This document shows, one piece after another, positions 54,495 through 58,236 of a DNA stretch of 58,236 bases. Every line of letters begins with the position of its first letter. Position 1 is the first letter of the stretch. Both the position numbers and the translations under genes were made by a program. Source of the stretch: Candidatus Micrarchaeota archaeon (lineage in GTDB: Archaea; Micrarchaeota; Micrarchaeia; Micrarchaeales; CABMGC01); assembly GCA_021791725.1 (NCBI GenBank), contig JAJYVZ010000001.1, positions 1-58,236 on the forward strand. The letters are read 5' to 3'. Under the pieces are notes generated by a model, which did no database searches, was not told where the DNA came from, and worked only from the letters and a program-made list of their open reading frames with translations.

Positions 54495-54773
54495 CATATT
54501 CAATGGCTGTCAGCTCAGAAAAAGCGCCTATTGCGGGGAATACCTGTCGCGGAGACGTTCCAGGCACAGAACACATGCGAACATGCTGCTTGCGGATATC
54601 CGAGTTCGAAGCGATGATCATGAATTATTCCTGCAGCGTCGCAGAAGACGCGCGGGCAGCGCAGGGCGCGCGGGAAGCGCATAAATTGAAGCCAGGCCCA
54701 AACGACTCAGGAAGCAAGCGCGCGATAAAATAATACCAATATTCTTGCTACCAGAAATTTTCTGCGTTTTCCT

Positions 54774-54932
54774 TTATATAATGCGCATCTTTTTGTATGG
54801 TATATTCTCAAAATCCGCATCTTCGGTAACCAGCGTTTCGTTGTTTGACATTGCGATACTCGCTATTAGAATGTCGGCATCTCCGATTGGCTTTCCACTC
54901 TGCTTTAACAGTTGCTTAGTTGTTCTATAGAA
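54774..54932 (-). pseudogene. C-terminal remnant of a PIN-domain (VapC-like) toxin
   Basis: ...LLKQSGKPIGDADILIASIAMSNNETLVTEDADFENI matches only the C-terminal half of VapC. The N-terminal half and any antitoxin are missing. The track ORF start overlaps the 3' end of the aminotransferase gene. Confidence 0.5.
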
Positions 54933-54933
54933 G

Positions 54934-56268
54934 CTACCTCTTTTTGTTGTATTTCTTAACCGCTTCCTCAAATATGTTCAGACCTTTATCTATGCTCTCG
55001 TAGCTTATTGTAAGAGGAGGAATCAACCTTATGGTTGACTCACCGGCAGGCAGAAGCAGCAGGTTATTGTAGAAGCAGTCTTCGATTATCATCTCTCTCT
55101 TTGCTGCTGCAGGCTCCTTGCTCTTTTTGTCTTTGACAAGCTCCACCCCTATCATCAAGCCGATGCCGCGCACGTCTCCTATTATCTCGTACTTCTCCAT
55201 CATCTGCTTCAGCCGTTTCATTATATAATTTCCTTTCTCGACAACAGACCTCGAGAACTGCGAATGGTTCTCTTTTACATAGTCAATCGACGCCTCGGCA
55301 GCCGCTATTGACAGCAGATTGCCTCCGAACGTGTTCGCGTGCGCGCCGCTCTTTATGTTGCCAAGGGATCTCCGCGTCACTGTGACGCCTATTGGAAGCC
55401 CGCCGCCGAGCGCCTTAGCCATTGTGTATATGTCTGCCTCTACGCCGAAATTGTCAAGGGCAAGGAACCTGCCCGTCCTCATATAACCTGCCTGGATCTC
55501 GTCGTCTATGAGCAGAATGCCGTTCTCAGTCGCAATCTTCCTTATCTCCTTGACGAACTCCTTCGGAGGGACAACGTAGCCTCCCTCTCCCTGTATGGGC
55601 TCCATCACTATCGCCGACACCTCGTTCGGCGGAAGCTCCTTGCTCAGCGGGTACTTCCTTATGTAGTCTGCGCATGCTATGCCGCAGTCCGGATACCTGA
55701 GCTTGAGGGGGCATCGGTAGCAGTATGCGTAAGGCACGTGCACTGTCCCGCTCAGCGGCCCGAAGTTCTCCCTGTGCACCAGCCTTGAAGCGGTAAGCGG
55801 CAATGTGCCCATCGTCCTTCCGTGGAATGCTCCGTAGAACGCTATGTTGTATACTCCTTTCTTGAAGAGCCTCGCGAACTTTATCGCGGCTTCGTTGGCC
55901 TCGGTGCCGGAATTCGAGAAGAAGACCCTGCCGAAATCCCGTGGGAACATCGTGAGGAGCTTCTTCGCGAACCTCACGGGCCTTTCTGAATAATAGTCGG
56001 TAAAGGCGGAATGGGTCAGCAAGTCGGCCTGCTCCTTTACCGCATTCCTTATTGCAAAGTTGCCGTTGACGCCGAGGTTGTACACGGCTATGAAGCTTGA
56101 GAAGTCGAGGAACTTGTTGCCTGCCACGTCATAGGCGAACTCGCCGTCACCATGCGAAGCGACGAACGGATAGCTCTCCCTGGTGGTCCTTATCATCACT
56201 TCGTCGTCTTCCTTTATTATCCTTTTTATCTTATCGTTTACGTTTACCGTCATCTTCCATTCCCTCAC
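54934..56268 (-). CDS. Class III pyridoxal-phosphate aminotransferase (GABA/acetylornithine aminotransferase family)
   Basis: FFSNSGTEANEAAIKFAR, LLIDDEIQAGYMRTGRFLA and TMAKALGGGLPIG. GTG start. Confidence 0.9.
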   Translation of the reverse strand: MREWKMTVNVNDKIKRIIKEDDEVMIRTTRESYPFVASHGDGEFAYDVAGNKFLDFSSFIAVYNLGVNGNFAIRNAVKEQADLLTHSAFTDYYSERPVRFAKKLLTMFPRDFGRVFFSNSGTEANEAAIKFARLFKKGVYNIAFYGAFHGRTMGTLPLTASRLVHRENFGPLSGTVHVPYAYCYRCPLKLRYPDCGIACADYIRKYPLSKELPPNEVSAIVMEPIQGEGGYVVPPKEFVKEIRKIATENGILLIDDEIQAGYMRTGRFLALDNFGVEADIYTMAKALGGGLPIGVTVTRRSLGNIKSGAHANTFGGNLLSIAAAEASIDYVKENHSQFSRSVVEKGNYIMKRLKQMMEKYEIIGDVRGIGLMIGVELVKDKKSKEPAAAKREMIIEDCFYNNLLLLPAGESTIRLIPPLTISYESIDKGLNIFEEAVKKYNKKR

Positions 56269-56338
56269 TTTATATTTATGGCGATTGCTTCTTATACCTT
56301 ATAGGCATATTATGTCTGTTATTATCCAGTTTTGATTT

Positions 56339-58236
56339 GTGATACCCGAGTTTAAGGCGGTTTTTTTGGAAGAGAAGAAGACTGTAATAGAAGAGAAGCA
56401 CTGGTCGCCAAAGTTAGAGGAAGGCATAATCAACTCGTGGTCAAAGAGCGGCGTATATGCGTTCAATGCGGACAGGAAGGGCGGAAAGGTCTTCAGCATA
56501 GATACGCCACCGCCTTACATAAACGCGCCTGTCCACATGGGGCATGCATACACGTATACGTGGATGGATGCGATAGCCAGGCATAAGAGGATGCAGGGGT
56601 TTAACGTCCTGTTTCCAATAGGCAGCGACAGGAACGGGCTGCCTATAGAGGTGCAGGCAGAGAAGGAGTTCAAGATGTCTATACTTAAGACGCCAAGGGA
56701 GGAGTACATAAAGAACTGCAGGCTCCTCCTTGACAAATATGAGAGTAGCTCGCTTGCCACGTTCAACAGGATAGGGATAGGGTTCAACAGCTGGGATGTG
56801 GGCAGTTCCATAGGCAGTGCATACGAGACGGACAGCGAGGATTACAGGAGGATGACGCAGGAGACGTTCATAATGCTCTACAGGAAAGGCCTTGTCTACG
56901 AGAATTCTATGCCCTCGAACTACTGCACCGAATGCCATACGACGCTCTCAGATTCAGAGGTAGAATACAAGGAGGTGCAGGCGCCCCTTTACCATCTAAG
57001 GTTCAAGACAGAGACGGGAGACGGCATAACAGTGGCAACAACCAGGCCAGAGCTCCTCGCCGCATGCAAGGTCGTACTCTTTAATCCGGAAGACGGCAGG
57101 TACAAGAAGTATGAGGGTATGAAGGCAAAGGTGCCGGTGTTCGGCAACGAGGTAAAGATAATAGGCAATACATATGCAGATCCGAATTACGGATCTGGAG
57201 TAGTCATGGTGTGCAGCTACGGAGACCTTGACGACATAAGGATACTAAGGGAATTGCGGATAGAGCCGACATACGTCATAGACGAGCTAGGAAGAATGAG
57301 GATAGAGGACAGCGAATACAGCGGCATGAAAGCGGCAGCGGCAAGGGAGGAGATAGTCAAGAGGATGAAGGAAGAAGGGGATCTGCTGAAGGTAGAGACT
57401 GTCAGCCACAGATACCCAATATGCTGGCGCACGAAGAACCCGATAGAATTCATAGCGAGCAAGGAGCTTTATCTGAAGCAGGTAGAGTTCAAAGAAGATC
57501 TGCTCAAGCTATCCAAAGGCATGAGGTTCTTCTCGGAGAAGAGCAGGAAGCTGCTTGAGAACTGGATAAACGGGATAACAATAGACTGGGTTATCTCAAG
57601 GAGGAGGTATTACGGAACGGAGATACCGCTATGGTACTGCAGATCATGCGGAGAGGCTCTTGTACCAGAGCCAGGAAGATATTACAGGCCGTGGAAAGAA
57701 AAGGCGCCGGCCGAGAGGTGTGAAAAGTGCGGAGGCAGCGAATTCAGGGGGGAGGAGCGCGTCTTCGACACATGGTTCGACAGCGCGAGCAGCCAACAGT
57801 ATGCACTCGGATACCTATGGGACAGGAAATATTTCGAGGAGAATTACCCTGTGACGCTTAGGCCGCAGGGCAAGGAGATAGTAAGGAGCTGGTTGTACTT
57901 CACGCTGTTGAAGTCTTACCTGCTATTCGGCAAGGCGCCGTTCGCAGATGTCTGGGTAAACATGTACATAGTAGACGAAAAAGGCGAGAAGATGAGCAAG
58001 AGCCTTGGAAACGTCATAGACCCGATGAAAATAATCCAGGACTTCGGATCTGAGGCCTTCAGGGTATGGGTATTCTCTGAGGGAATAACAGAAGACGACG
58101 TAAGGTGCTCGAACGAGAGGATAAGGGCCTCTGGAAAATTCCTCACAAAGCTGTGGAACATAGCAAGATTCATATCCTCCCTCGAAAAGCCGCAGGTGGA
58201 AGGTGTGACCGAAGATACTGACAAAGTCTTGCTGTC
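56339..58236 (+). CDS. valS: Valyl-tRNA synthetase, 5' partial (runs off the window end)
   Basis: It is absent from the ORF track because there is no stop in the window. My own translation gives FSIDTPPPYINAPVHMGHAYTY, FPIGSDRNGLPIE, DWVISRRRYYGTEIPLWYC and GEKMSKSLGNVIDP. The start is GTG 56339 or TTG 56366. Confidence 0.8.
   Translation, partial: MIPEFKAVFLEEKKTVIEEKHWSPKLEEGIINSWSKSGVYAFNADRKGGKVFSIDTPPPYINAPVHMGHAYTYTWMDAIARHKRMQGFNVLFPIGSDRNGLPIEVQAEKEFKMSILKTPREEYIKNCRLLLDKYESSSLATFNRIGIGFNSWDVGSSIGSAYETDSEDYRRMTQETFIMLYRKGLVYENSMPSNYCTECHTTLSDSEVEYKEVQAPLYHLRFKTETGDGITVATTRPELLAACKVVLFNPEDGRYKKYEGMKAKVPVFGNEVKIIGNTYADPNYGSGVVMVCSYGDLDDIRILRELRIEPTYVIDELGRMRIEDSEYSGMKAAAAREEIVKRMKEEGDLLKVETVSHRYPICWRTKNPIEFIASKELYLKQVEFKEDLLKLSKGMRFFSEKSRKLLENWINGITIDWVISRRRYYGTEIPLWYCRSCGEALVPEPGRYYRPWKEKAPAERCEKCGGSEFRGEERVFDTWFDSASSQQYALGYLWDRKYFEENYPVTLRPQGKEIVRSWLYFTLLKSYLLFGKAPFADVWVNMYIVDEKGEKMSKSLGNVIDPMKIIQDFGSEAFRVWVFSEGITEDDVRCSNERIRASGKFLTKLWNIARFISSLEKPQVEGVTEDTDKVLL

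Noticed and set aside
54415-54733. The 89-104-aa plus-strand ORFs starting inside tRNA-Ala.
   Set aside because: They overlap the tRNA gene, are Arg/Ala-rich because of GC-rich DNA, and have no motifs.
1-58236. CRISPR arrays, rRNA genes, intact insertion sequences, integrases, or recognisable defence systems (restriction-modification, Cas, toxin-antitoxin pairs).
   Set aside because: No regularly spaced short repeats, no rRNA signatures, and no integrase or transposase were seen beyond the IS110 fragment. There is only a truncated VapC remnant, without an antitoxin.

Overview
Densely coded archaeal chromosome segment of about 60 genes, rich in informational genes. No rRNA genes or CRISPR arrays were seen.

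**Main content**
- RNA polymerase operon: rpoH, split rpoB''/rpoB', rpoA', an inserted ankyrin gene, then rpoA''.
- Fragmented ribosomal-protein mini-clusters: L1-P0-P1, L30-L15, and L21e.
- rpoF-DUF655, Orc1/Cdc6, Pelota, an Sm protein, an OB-fold SSB and two beta-CASP RNases.
- Three RNase P protein subunits: Rpp30, Pop5 and Rpp21.
- ValRS, which runs off the 3' edge of the window.
- Three tRNAs. tRNA-Ser has a canonical intron and tRNA-Ala has an intron in the T-loop.
- Housekeeping metabolism: glyA, a ThyX-like protein, ADP-forming acetyl-CoA synthetase, SufU/IscU, Mrp, a class III aminotransferase, a GT4 glycosyltransferase and a sugar nucleotidyltransferase.
- Envelope and transport proteins: K+ channel, MscS, DedA, PAP2 and two N-glycosylation-rich surface proteins.

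**Likely source (inference only)**
The split rpoB, non-canonical tRNA intron, broken ribosomal operons, several ankyrin/HEAT proteins and an acid-peptidase-like surface protein suggest a small-genome, possibly acidophilic DPANN-like archaeon.

**Most unusual observations**
1. A 101-aa TATA-binding protein made of a single TBP repeat.
2. An ankyrin-repeat gene translationally coupled between rpoA' and rpoA''.
3. A perfect 70-bp direct repeat bracketing a lone DUF4143-type AAA ATPase gene. One copy appears to be the 3' end of a roughly 230-nt GC-rich structured RNA with RNase P-like P4/CR-V features.
4. A twin-hairpin structured spacer upstream of the L1 operon.
5. Tandem transglutaminase-like paralogs next to a DUF45 metalloprotease.
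6. rpoB' with a conserved N-terminus but no canonical start codon.

All family assignments come from motif recognition by eye. No database search was run.
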